The notes under the pieces: generated by a model
What the model was told of the DNA's origin: nothing
What the model saw: only the letters and a program-made list of their open reading frames with translations
Databases searched by the model: none
Part shown: positions 1-8,518 of the stretch, piece by piece
Position numbering within the stretch: the stretch's first letter is position 1
Layout of the letters: each line of letters begins with the position of its first letter
DNA from: a virus
Lineage: Duplodnaviria; Caudoviricetes
IMG/VR virus record: IMGVR_UViG_3300037419_001020
Coordinates: 1-25,892 of that record
DNA length: 25,892 bases
Direction: 5' to 3' (one strand)
Translations under genes and position numbers: made by a program

Positions 1-92
1 GTTCATCATGTATCGTTACCCTATGTAGTGTTACCGTTGATATGAAACTTATGTTATTTGAACCATGACAATTTAATATGAGCTTTGACTTT

Positions 93-123
93 GGGAGTCC
101 AGTGAATGGGACTCTCTTTTTTT
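93..123 (+). terminator. Rho-independent terminator
   Basis: Stem GGGAGTCC (93-100) / GGACTCTC (109-116) followed by T7 (117-123). Confidence 0.75.
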
Positions 124-196
124 ATATATTTGGCGAGTCGTATTTAGTGCGACAGGGATATATCTTCATGAAGCAGGTGGGGGCGAAGATAATTTT

Positions 197-289
197 ATGT
201 GTGTAGTATTGGCACTGGTTATATAGAGATATGAGACAGGGTGAAACTCCCGTTATATAATTGTGGGTTCGAATCCCACCTATACGCAT
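197..289 (+). ncRNA. tRNA-like structured element (not a canonical tRNA)
   Basis: Closing stem ATGTGTGTAG (197-206) / CTATACGCAT (280-289) directly adjacent to a perfect T-arm GTGGG-TTCGAAT-CCCAC (263-279). No D stem, no 7-nt anticodon loop, no CCA. Confidence 0.6.
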
Positions 290-293
290 CATA

Positions 294-372
294 TAGTCCT
301 GTTCTGTCGGTTAGAGGCGTCTCTGATGTTGGGTTACGTTTAAATGTAGTCTAATTAAGCAGAATGGGACTA
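294..372 (+). ncRNA. Putative three-way-junction RNA element
   Basis: 13-bp closing stem 294-306/360-372 enclosing hairpins 311-326 and 329-354; the non-Watson-Crick positions are all G-U on the + strand. Confidence 0.45.
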
Positions 373-398
373 ATTTATAATGAATATATTGTAATGAG

Positions 399-596
399 GT
401 GACATCTGTGAAGGCAGAAATTTATTGTCAATCATTCAATGGGTTTATAGAAGTAGAAGTAGATAGTAATGAAGAATATTTAAAGATTATTTGTACTGAT
501 TGTGATGGAACTGGGGTATTTGAGATTACACCACAAGATAAACAAAAATGCAATAATTGCAAAACATCAGGATTTATTTTAGTTAACCTTATCTAA
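399..596 (+). CDS. Small zinc-finger protein (DnaJ-type CxxCxGxG-like motifs)
   Basis: CTDCDGTG...CNNCKTSG in 65 aa; followed by a terminator. GTG start uncertain. Confidence 0.6.
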   Translation: MTSVKAEIYCQSFNGFIEVEVDSNEEYLKIICTDCDGTGVFEITPQDKQKCNNCKTSGFILVNLI

Positions 597-612
597 TGGA
601 TAGGGTTTTTAT
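585..612 (+). terminator. Rho-independent terminator overlapping the stop of 399..596
   Basis: AACCTTATC-TAATG-GATAGGGTT followed by a T-rich tract. Confidence 0.6.
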
Positions 613-648
613 TATTTTACAGGGTGATTAACAAAGAGGGTGTGAGAG

Positions 649-1077
649 ATGAAAGAAAATTTAACTCCAAAACAAAAAGCATTTGCTGATTTTTATATTA
701 ATAGTGGTAATGCGACTGAATCATATTTAAAAGCCTATGGTTGCAAATTAGAAACTGCTGATACTAATGGCACTCGATTGCTCGGAAATGCTAGGGTTAG
801 GCAGTACATTGATTCTAGGATGGAATCTGTAGCTAATGACCGCATTGCATCTGCTGAAGAAGTACTCCAATACCTAACAAGTGTCGTTCGTGGTGAAGTA
901 ACCGAGCAAAAAGTAATGTTCAGTAAAGAAGGATCTGAAATCGCTGAATTAGGTGCAAGTGTAAATGATCGGAATAAAGCTGCTGAGTTATTAGGTAAAC
1001 GATATGCACTGTGGACCGATAAAAAAGAGTTGAGTGGTAATGTTGGTGTGACAATTGTAGATGATTTAGATGATTAA
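649..1077 (+). CDS. terS: Terminase small subunit
   Basis: LTPKQKAFADFY..SGNATESY..AY N-terminal HTH, IASAEEVLQYLT and DRNKAAELLGKRY motifs; overlaps terL start. Confidence 0.93.
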   Translation: MKENLTPKQKAFADFYINSGNATESYLKAYGCKLETADTNGTRLLGNARVRQYIDSRMESVANDRIASAEEVLQYLTSVVRGEVTEQKVMFSKEGSEIAELGASVNDRNKAAELLGKRYALWTDKKELSGNVGVTIVDDLDD

Positions 1078-2410
1078 ATTATCAAATGTAATTGCTCCAT
1101 CGTTTCATGACATCCACAAAGACATAAAAAAGGGTAATCACACACATTATTGGTTTAGTGGTGGTCGTGGTAGTACGAAATCATCTTGTATAAGCGTTGA
1201 GATCATCTTAGGCATGATGAGGGATGTAAACGCAAATGCAGTCGTGTTAAGGAAAGTAAAGGATACACTAAGAGATTCGGTATATGAACAGCTTGTGTGG
1301 GCAATCGAAGCATTAGGTGTTACACAGTATTGGGATATACCTGAAGCGAAGTTAGTGTTAACGTACATTCCTACAGGACAAAAGATTATCTTTCGTGGTG
1401 CTGATAAGCCAAAGAAAATCAAATCAATCAAGTTTAGTAAGGGTTACACAAAGTTCATTTGGTATGAAGAATTAGATGAGTTTGCAGGAATGGAAGAAGT
1501 ACGTATGATTAACCAATCACTAATGCGTGGTGGTACACAGTTTTGTGTGTTTTATTCATACAATCCACCAAAGAGTGCAAATAACTGGGTAAATGCAGAA
1601 AGACAATTAACCAGGTCAGATCGTTTAACACACCATTCGAACTATCTAACTGTTCCAAAAGAATGGTTAGGTGACCAATTCTTGATTGAAGCTGAACACC
1701 TTAAACTCACTAAACCTAATTCATATGAACATGAGTATTTAGGGAATGTAACGGGTACAGGTGGGGAAGTATTCGATAATGTGAAGATACAACGTATTAC
1801 GGATGAGGAGATAAAAAGTTTTGAGAATATTAAACGTGGTGCTGACTTCGGTTATGCTATTGATCCATTTTCTTATGTTGTCTGTCATTATGAACGCAAG
1901 AAAAAACGATTATATATATTCCATGAACTATACAAAGTTGGATTATCCAATACACAAGCTATAGAACATATTAAAGAGGAAAATAAGAACAATGACTTTC
2001 TTATTGCTGATAGTGCTGAACCAAAGTCTATACATGAGTTTAGGCAACATGGGTTGAGGGTTAAAGGTGCTAAGAAAGGTCCAGATAGTGTTGAATATGG
2101 CATTAAGTTCTTACAGGACTTAGAAGAAATTATTATAGATGATATACGTTGCCCAGACACTGCTAGAGAGTTCTTAACGTATGAATTGGATAAAGATGCA
2201 AATGGTAATTTCAAAGCGAAATTCCCTGATTTAAACAATCATAGTATAGATGCTGTACGCTATGCTTTAAATGATGAGGTTATGAAGCATAAAGAGTTTA
2301 AGAAACATGAACATGACCCTGATAACCTAACACCATCCGAGAAACACGACAAGATGGTTAGACAGTTGACAGGAAAGAAACCTCAAATTAAATCTATAAC
2401 AAAGTGGTGA
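1070..2410 (+). CDS. terL: Terminase large subunit (PBSX/SPP1-like, probably headful packaging)
   Basis: Walker A GGRGSTKS, Walker B IWYEE, SYNPP coupling motif, nuclease motifs GADFG, ADSAEP and NHSIDAVRYA. Confidence 0.96.
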   Translation: MIKLSNVIAPSFHDIHKDIKKGNHTHYWFSGGRGSTKSSCISVEIILGMMRDVNANAVVLRKVKDTLRDSVYEQLVWAIEALGVTQYWDIPEAKLVLTYIPTGQKIIFRGADKPKKIKSIKFSKGYTKFIWYEELDEFAGMEEVRMINQSLMRGGTQFCVFYSYNPPKSANNWVNAERQLTRSDRLTHHSNYLTVPKEWLGDQFLIEAEHLKLTKPNSYEHEYLGNVTGTGGEVFDNVKIQRITDEEIKSFENIKRGADFGYAIDPFSYVVCHYERKKKRLYIFHELYKVGLSNTQAIEHIKEENKNNDFLIADSAEPKSIHEFRQHGLRVKGAKKGPDSVEYGIKFLQDLEEIIIDDIRCPDTAREFLTYELDKDANGNFKAKFPDLNNHSIDAVRYALNDEVMKHKEFKKHEHDPDNLTPSEKHDKMVRQLTGKKPQIKSITKW

Positions 2411-2411
2411 T

Positions 2412-2645
2412 GTGATGATTCTATTCTTTAGTGGTGTATTCGCTATGGTTGGCTTATCTCTTATCTTAGGTGCAGGGTATATCTTAGGACAAAAGAGTAC
2501 ACCAAAGCCAAACAGGGAACAAACACCAGACGAAGTACACGAATTAGAAGAACAACGAAGGAAACAAAAGGTAATTGCAAAAGATTTCAATAATCTAATG
2601 GCATATGATGAAACAATCGCTTATGCACGTAAGAAGGTGAACTAA
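2412..2645 (+). CDS. Small protein with N-terminal transmembrane helix, unknown function
   Basis: Hydrophobic first ~26 aa then charged helical tail; fills the terL-portal gap exactly, with TAATG stop/start coupling to the portal. Confidence 0.75.
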   Translation: MMILFFSGVFAMVGLSLILGAGYILGQKSTPKPNREQTPDEVHELEEQRRKQKVIAKDFNNLMAYDETIAYARKKVN

Positions 2646-4501
2646 TGGCAGATAAAACAAAAGCCTGGAAACTCTATGAGAGTGGAAAGAAATACAACAA
2701 TCAATTAAAACCGAACTACTATGATATGGTTGATGCAAACTGGGCTTTCTTTAATGGCGATCAATGGCGTAATGTTGATGCTGAAAATATGCCCAAGCCT
2801 GTATTTAATATCATACGCAGGGTTATTACATTCTTAGTAGCTTCATTAACTGCTAGTAAAGCGAAGATTCACTTTGAACCATTAACAGGTACAGAGGGAA
2901 TAGATCAATTCGATGATAGTCAACTAGCTACTGCACAAGTTAATAACTTGCTAGAGAAGTTCAAAATGGATATTAAGATTAAAGATGTGTTGTTCGATGC
3001 AGCCAATACAGGCGATGGAGCAGCACATTTTTATTTTGATTTAAATAAGAAGCCATATGGAAATGTGGTGAACCTGTCAAATGGTCAACAAGTAAGTGAT
3101 ATTAATGGTGAGATTTGTATGGAATTAGTTGATGGTACGAACGTTTACTTTGGTAATGCAAATAGCGTTGATGTTCAATCACAACCATATATCATTATTA
3201 GTGGTCGTGATACGGTTAAGAACCTTCAAAAAGAGAAGTTGTATTGGTCTAAGATGAAACAAGTTGAATCTGAAGTACAAGAGGATAACACAACGACTGA
3301 TGCAGCTGGTGATAGTGGAAAGATTGAAGTAGATGCAGATGGTTATGGTAAGGCACAATGGATCATCATGTATGAAAAGAAAACTGTTATGGTAGATGGT
3401 CAAGAAGTTGAGCGTGTATTCGCTTCTAAGAGTACTGAAAAGACTTATATCTATGAAGAACAACAAACAGGCATGAGTAAATACCCTGTAGCATGGATGA
3501 ACTGGGAACGTAGAAAGAATTCGTATCACGGCATTAGTCAATGTGGAGCGATTCTACCGAACCAAATCTTCATTAATCGTATGTTTGCGATGGTTATGTA
3601 TCATCTAATGAATACAGCATTCCCTAAAGCAGTGTACAACGCTGATTACCTACCTGAATGGAACAACGAGATTGGTACAGCTGTTCCAATTTACGGTACA
3701 GGCATAGATCAAGATATTCGTAAAGTCGCAGGTTACTTACAACCTGGCAATATGAGTGGTCAAATTGTACAAGTTCTCGAATTGGCGATAGAGAAGACAA
3801 AGGAAATGTTAGGGATTAACGATACTTCATTAGGTAACGTTAGACCAGATAATACGTCTGCTATTATCGCAGTACAAAAGAGTGCTGCTATTCCTTTGGA
3901 AAACCCTAAAGCGAATTTATACCAATGGATTGAAGATATTGGTGAGATATTACTTGATATGATGGGCACTTATTACGGTAGTAGACCATTACCAATGGAT
4001 GTAAAAGTACCAAAGATTGATCCTAACACTGGTGAAGAACAAGTAAATATTGATGGCTCACCTGTTGAAGAAACACAAAAGCAGATCATCATGTTTGACT
4101 TCAGTAAATTGAAAGATACGTGGTTAAATGTTCGTGCAGATGTGGGTGAATCGTCTTATTGGTCAGAGATTGCAGCACAACAAACTCTTACGAATATGTT
4201 AGGTCAAGGCTATTTAGATGTTGTTCAGTTCTTAAAACGTGTACCTGATGAGATGATTCCTCAGAAACAGGAGTTAATCCAGGAACTAGAGTTGAAACAA
4301 CAACAAATGGAAATGCAACAACAACAACAAATGCAGATGCAACAAGAACAACAGATACAGCAACAACAAGTTAATGCCGATCAACAAGCTCAACAAGAGC
4401 AAGTGCAAGCAGAACAAAGACAAGAAGAAATTAACTTGAAGCATAGAGAGTTAGATATTAAAGAGAAGCAAGCAAGTAAACAAGATAGTAAGAAGAAATA
4501 A
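2645..4501 (+). CDS. Portal protein (P22-like size, Gln-rich C-terminal coiled coil)
   Basis: Position after terL, 618 aa, FFNGDQW and KPVFNII N-terminal motifs, GINDTSLG..NTSAII motif, long Q-rich helical C-terminus. Confidence 0.88.
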   Translation: MADKTKAWKLYESGKKYNNQLKPNYYDMVDANWAFFNGDQWRNVDAENMPKPVFNIIRRVITFLVASLTASKAKIHFEPLTGTEGIDQFDDSQLATAQVNNLLEKFKMDIKIKDVLFDAANTGDGAAHFYFDLNKKPYGNVVNLSNGQQVSDINGEICMELVDGTNVYFGNANSVDVQSQPYIIISGRDTVKNLQKEKLYWSKMKQVESEVQEDNTTTDAAGDSGKIEVDADGYGKAQWIIMYEKKTVMVDGQEVERVFASKSTEKTYIYEEQQTGMSKYPVAWMNWERRKNSYHGISQCGAILPNQIFINRMFAMVMYHLMNTAFPKAVYNADYLPEWNNEIGTAVPIYGTGIDQDIRKVAGYLQPGNMSGQIVQVLELAIEKTKEMLGINDTSLGNVRPDNTSAIIAVQKSAAIPLENPKANLYQWIEDIGEILLDMMGTYYGSRPLPMDVKVPKIDPNTGEEQVNIDGSPVEETQKQIIMFDFSKLKDTWLNVRADVGESSYWSEIAAQQTLTNMLGQGYLDVVQFLKRVPDEMIPQKQELIQELELKQQQMEMQQQQQMQMQQEQQIQQQQVNADQQAQQEQVQAEQRQEEINLKHRELDIKEKQASKQDSKKK

Positions 4502-4545
4502 GGCGTGTGAACTGACTACCATACCAGTTTATGCGCTTTTTGTTT
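4501..4545 (+). terminator. Long hairpin plus T tract after portal (terminator or regulatory hairpin)
   Basis: GGCGTGTGAACTG (4502-4514) pairs with CAGTTTATGCGCT (4525-4537), 10-nt loop, followed by TTTTGTTTT. Confidence 0.6.
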
Positions 4546-4615
4546 TGACCTGGATATGTCATTAAACTGTCTAAATTCAAATTATTCCTCAACCATAGGG
4601 AAAAGGAGAGTTACG

Positions 4616-5425
4616 ATGTTTGAAAATAACGATTATGAAGCAATTTTACCTGATAACTTTGAAGAACCATCAAACGATATACCAACGGATGATGCAGACA
4701 CAAATGCAGAAGGTAACGAACAAGTAGAGAGTGAAGAATCTAGCGCGCAAGAAGAAGCTACTCTAACAGAAGAACAACAAGAACAATTATTAAAACTCAA
4801 ATACAATGGTGAAGAAAAGGAAATTCCTTTATCTGAAGCGACAATATTAGCCCAAAAGGGTATGAACTATGACAAGGTTCAAACACAATTACAAGAATTA
4901 CAAAACGATCCAGGTCGTGCATTCCTACAGAGTTTAGCAAAAGAAAATGGATTTGATAACGTAAACGACTTTATCAGTGATTTCCAAGCAGCACAGGAAC
5001 AAGCTCGAATTGATGAACTGATTCAGCAAAACATTCCACCAGAATATGCAAAAGAAATGATTGAGAATCAGAAGTTTCGTCAGCAATTCGAACAACAACA
5101 ACAACAACGTGAACAAGAACAAAGAGAACAGCAAGAGTATGTAGGCTTAATTGATGCGTTCAGAGAGATTAATGATCGTGATTTTAATCCAAATACAGAC
5201 AAGTTCCCAGATGAAGTATTTCAAATCGCTCAAGAAAACGGAGTACCTTTGAAATTCGCTTATGAGAGCTTTATGGCTAAACAATTTAAGCAACAACAAG
5301 CAATTTATAAACAAAATGAACAAAACTTCAAGCGAAGTGTCGGAACTTCTACAACACAACATGGAAGTGTACAAACTGAATCCTCTGATCCTTTCCTTGA
5401 TGGTTTTGATTCCTACAAATACTAA
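4616..5425 (+). CDS. Capsid scaffolding protein
   Basis: Between portal and capsid; acidic disordered N-terminus, LKYNGEEKEI and AQKGMNYDK motifs, coiled coil, C-terminal DPFLDGF. Start moved to ATG 4616 because of RBS AAAGGAG at 4602-4608. Confidence 0.85.
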   Translation: MFENNDYEAILPDNFEEPSNDIPTDDADTNAEGNEQVESEESSAQEEATLTEEQQEQLLKLKYNGEEKEIPLSEATILAQKGMNYDKVQTQLQELQNDPGRAFLQSLAKENGFDNVNDFISDFQAAQEQARIDELIQQNIPPEYAKEMIENQKFRQQFEQQQQQREQEQREQQEYVGLIDAFREINDRDFNPNTDKFPDEVFQIAQENGVPLKFAYESFMAKQFKQQQAIYKQNEQNFKRSVGTSTTQHGSVQTESSDPFLDGFDSYKY

Positions 5426-5439
5426 GGAGTGATTGACCA

Positions 5440-6543
5440 ATGGCAGTAAATTTAGCGAGTTCTTATGCAAAAAAGGTTGACGAAAGATTTTATTTAACAT
5501 CACTAACAGAGCAAAGTGTTCACCAGGACTTCTCATGGGAAGGTGTAAACGCAATTAATGTATACTCTATTGCTACAGCAGCAATGGCGAACTACACACG
5601 CTCCGGTTCAGCTCGTTATGGTACAGCAGCAGAGTTAGACGACACAGTAGCGAACTACTTACTAACTCGTGACCGTTCATTCACATTCACAATTGATCGT
5701 GGAAATCACATTGATTCACAAATGGTTCGTGAGTCTGGTAAAGCGTTAGCTCGCCAATTAAACGAAGTAGTAACACCAGAGATTGATATTTACCGTTTAA
5801 CGAAGTATGCAGCAACAGCAACTGCAAACGCAGGGGATTCAGCAGTAACAGTTATTACTGCATCTAACGCTTATGCTTCATTATTAGATGGTGGTGTTTA
5901 CCTAGACAACAACAAAGTACCTCGTACTGGTCGTGTTGCTTATGTTCGCCCATCATTCTACAAATTTATTAAACTAGATCCTTCATTCATGAAGTCATCT
6001 GAAATTGCACAACAAAAATTAATCAACGGTCAAGTTGGTGAAGTTGATGGAGTAGCGATTGTAATGGTTCCAGATTCTTACTTACCTGCTAATCGTGAAT
6101 TTATCTTAGTTCACAAATCAGCAATGGTAGCACCTAAGAAATTACAAGACTACAAAACACATGACAATCCTCCAGGTAAACAAGTAGCATAACCAACGCT
6201 ATGATGCCTGTTTATACAGTAATGTATATTAAGAATTGGGTGAATTCGGTGAAGGCTAAGTCGAAAGATATGCTAATACCGAGCCAAGCTAACTAGGGAT
6301 AGTTAGAAGGTGTAACGACTAACTGCATACTACTAGAACAGTAATGAAGCAGACACGAGCGCCCAACATCCTTACAGGATGAAGATATAGTCTGAACTTA
6401 TAGGAAACTATGAGAAGTAGAGGATAAAGAGCCTTTACGATAACAAAATGATCAATGGTTGGTTAGTTGAAGGTCGTATCTACTATGATGCGTTCGTATT
6501 AGATTCTCGTAAAAAAGCAGTATACGCACACAAAAACGCTTAA
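5440..6543 (+). CDS. Major capsid protein, spliced: join(5440..6177,6451..6543), 276 aa
   Basis: MAVNLASSYAKKVDERF start, DRSFTFTID, EVVTPEIDIYR and GQVGEVDG motifs of P22-coat/N4-gp56-like capsids. Removing 6178-6450 restores the in-frame C-terminus HDNPPG|INGWLVEGRIYYDAFVLDSRKKAVYAHKNA*. Confidence 0.92.
6178..6450 (+). ncRNA. Group I self-splicing intron (subgroup IA-like), no homing endonuclease ORF
   Basis: Exon ends in U (6177), intron ends in G (6450). P1 CAGGT/GCCTG with U-G wobble; P2 TATACA-GTAA-TGTATA; P3 TTGGGTG (6236-42)/CGCCCAA (6360-66); P4 TTCGGT/ACCGAG; P6a CTAACTA-GGGA-TAGTTAG; P7 GACTA (6317-21)/TAGTC (6388-92) with S element AAGATATAGTCT; P8 CATCCT-TAC-AGGATG; P9 CTTATAG-GAAA-CTATGAG; P10 TGAT (6202-05)/ATCA (6451-54). 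Confidence 0.95.
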
Positions 6544-6562
6544 TTGAGAGGAGTATCCCAGT

Positions 6563-6718
6563 ATGATGATTTATAAAAAATACGTTCATGAAAATGGTGA
6601 ACTATTAGTACAAGATGAAGTGCAAGAAGCAGCTTTAATCAGCGAAGGCTTTAAGTTTAAAGAACTAGTTGATAAAGATGGTAATAAAGTGAACGAAGAA
6701 GGTAAAAAGATCAAGTAA
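6563..6718 (+). CDS. Small 51-aa protein after capsid (missing from ORF track)
   Basis: RBS GAGGAG at 6548-6553; MMIYKKYVHENGELLVQDEVQEAALISEGFKFKELVDKDGNKVNEEGKKIK; ends just before a terminator. Confidence 0.8.
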   Translation: MMIYKKYVHENGELLVQDEVQEAALISEGFKFKELVDKDGNKVNEEGKKIK

Positions 6719-6727
6719 TTAGTCAAG

Positions 6728-6763
6728 AAGGGGGAGTGGTAGCAATACTATTCCCCCTTTTTT
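6728..6763 (+). terminator. Rho-independent terminator
   Basis: GGGGGAGTGGTA-GCAA-TACTATTCCCCC followed by T6. Confidence 0.9.
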
Positions 6764-6782
6764 ATTGTATAGGGGGTGCGAT

Positions 6783-8441
6783 ATGCCACAGGTATTAGGC
6801 ACAATAACAGAAGATAGTGGGAGTGTTACAACGAATTATACGGATACAGTCACGAATACTACACAAACGTTTACGTTTTCAGATAAACAAGATGGTATGA
6901 CCTTTATCAGTAAAGGGAATGCAGTTGTTACATTAACAGTGAATGGAAAAACAAACAACATCCCACCTAACGGATCAATCCGAATCAATGATGTGTTCAC
7001 TTCATTTGATGTTGTTCGTATTCAGTCAGGTTCTCATTCATTTGAGATTAATTCATTTAAGTTAAAGAATGATGTTCGTGATGTAGAAGGTTTTGCTGAA
7101 CAATTAAAACAAACTAACCTAACACCAGTTTTAACAAGAGATTTAACTTTAAATGATAGAAGTAATGTAAACCAAACAGGAACTACTAGAATTAGAGTGT
7201 ATTCACAGTTTCAAAGCCAAGATTTAAGAATTATGTATTCTAATTATTACAATGGTAATGTTTCGAAATTTACACCTAACACTAATAATATAAGTGTTAA
7301 AGCAGCTATTGAAATTAACGGTGTGGTTATCCCAATGTACTTCAATGGGAAAAGAACTGTAGTTATCGAAGGTGGAGCGAATGTTTTAAGCGATCCAATC
7401 GGTTGTATTATTAACCCTGGAGATGCTGTATACATTAGGACATTCTTTGATGCTGGAGTAGGTGGATATGTCCCGAAGTCTGCTCAACAATTTGGTATCA
7501 CATTAGGTAACAATGATGGGGTTACGTATGGTTCTGATTTAGTGGATTCTGGAACTATTACAAATACCAATTATGATTACGCTTATATACCAACTGCTAT
7601 TTTTGGAACAGCAGAAGTTGCTGAATCGTTTTTGTTGGTTGGTGACAGTATCATGCAAGGGATTGATGATAAACCAATGCAATCAATAGGTTTTGCAGCA
7701 AGAGCCTTATATAACAAAAAAATACCTTATACCAAAATTGCTATGTCTGGTGAGAGTACAGGTGGATTTTTGGATAGTTTATATCTACGTTCCATCTTTA
7801 CAAACAATCACAAAAGCGTTCTGATTAATTATGGGCGGAATGATGTTAACGGTAATGTTCCGATAGCAACGATTAAAGCGAATTTAATTAAAATATGGAC
7901 TTATTATAAGAAAAAAGGTTTAAAGGTTTTTCAATGTACGACACTTCCAAGAACTTCATCAACAGATTTTTGGATAACACTTGAAAACCAAACGGTTCAT
8001 GCTAATGACACAATAAAAGTGGCATTAAACCAATGGCTTCTTGATACAACTTCTAATGGTGCGAAAGCTCAATCAAATGGTGTGTTAGATGGTGTGTACG
8101 ATATTGCAAAAGTAGTGGAAGTTAATGGTAAGTGGAAGGCTGCAACAAAAATCTATTCAGGAACTATCCAATCTGCAACTACTAATACCTTAACTGACTC
8201 GGCAATACCATTCCCACAACAAGATTTAGATAAAGATGCAGTTGTTGTTATTACAGGTGGTAAAGGAGTAGGGCAAACTGCGCAGGTTAGTTCAAATTGG
8301 CCAGCTACGCAAATTACAGTAAAAACAAATTGGGCAACTATACCAGATAATACATCTACCTACGATTTGTATCGAGTTGCAACGAACGATGGAATTCATC
8401 CAAGCCCATCACAACACGCAGTAATATCCACTGTAATTTAG
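6783..8441 (+). CDS. SGNH/GDSL hydrolase-domain protein, probably virion-associated esterase
   Basis: Block I LLVGDSI, block III NYGRND, block V DGIHPS; beta-rich N-terminal region. Start ATG 6783 after AGGGGG. Confidence 0.85.
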   Translation: MPQVLGTITEDSGSVTTNYTDTVTNTTQTFTFSDKQDGMTFISKGNAVVTLTVNGKTNNIPPNGSIRINDVFTSFDVVRIQSGSHSFEINSFKLKNDVRDVEGFAEQLKQTNLTPVLTRDLTLNDRSNVNQTGTTRIRVYSQFQSQDLRIMYSNYYNGNVSKFTPNTNNISVKAAIEINGVVIPMYFNGKRTVVIEGGANVLSDPIGCIINPGDAVYIRTFFDAGVGGYVPKSAQQFGITLGNNDGVTYGSDLVDSGTITNTNYDYAYIPTAIFGTAEVAESFLLVGDSIMQGIDDKPMQSIGFAARALYNKKIPYTKIAMSGESTGGFLDSLYLRSIFTNNHKSVLINYGRNDVNGNVPIATIKANLIKIWTYYKKKGLKVFQCTTLPRTSSTDFWITLENQTVHANDTIKVALNQWLLDTTSNGAKAQSNGVLDGVYDIAKVVEVNGKWKAATKIYSGTIQSATTNTLTDSAIPFPQQDLDKDAVVVITGGKGVGQTAQVSSNWPATQITVKTNWATIPDNTSTYDLYRVATNDGIHPSPSQHAVISTVI

Positions 8442-8457
8442 GTTATAAAAAACTAAG

Positions 8458-8487
8458 AATGGGTTGCGAATTAGTAACCCATTTTTT
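8458..8487 (+). terminator. Rho-independent terminator
   Basis: AATGGGTTGC-GAATTA-GTAACCCATT followed by Ts. Confidence 0.8.
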
Positions 8488-8518
8488 GTAACACAACAAA
8501 GAGTAAAGGAGGGTAACA

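Noticed and set aside
197-289. Canonical tRNA gene
   Set aside because: Only the T-arm and acceptor-like stem fit; no D stem, no standard anticodon arm, no CCA.
4290-4430. CAA/CAG-rich tract as a DNA repeat element or CRISPR-like array
   Set aside because: It is the in-frame poly-Gln coiled coil of the portal; no repeat-spacer periodicity here or elsewhere in the window.
5440-6192. Capsid as a complete 250-aa ORF or a truncated pseudogene
   Set aside because: The last four residues and the stop lie inside the intron; precise removal of 6178-6450 restores an intact frame.
6178-6450. Homing endonuclease within or near the intron
   Set aside because: The intron is only 273 nt and occupied by core helices; no HNH, GIY-YIG or LAGLIDADG ORF recognised in the window.
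6448-6543. Independent 31-aa gene starting at ATG 6448
   Set aside because: The G of this ATG is the intron's terminal G, there is no SD at suitable spacing, and the peptide is the capsid C-terminus.
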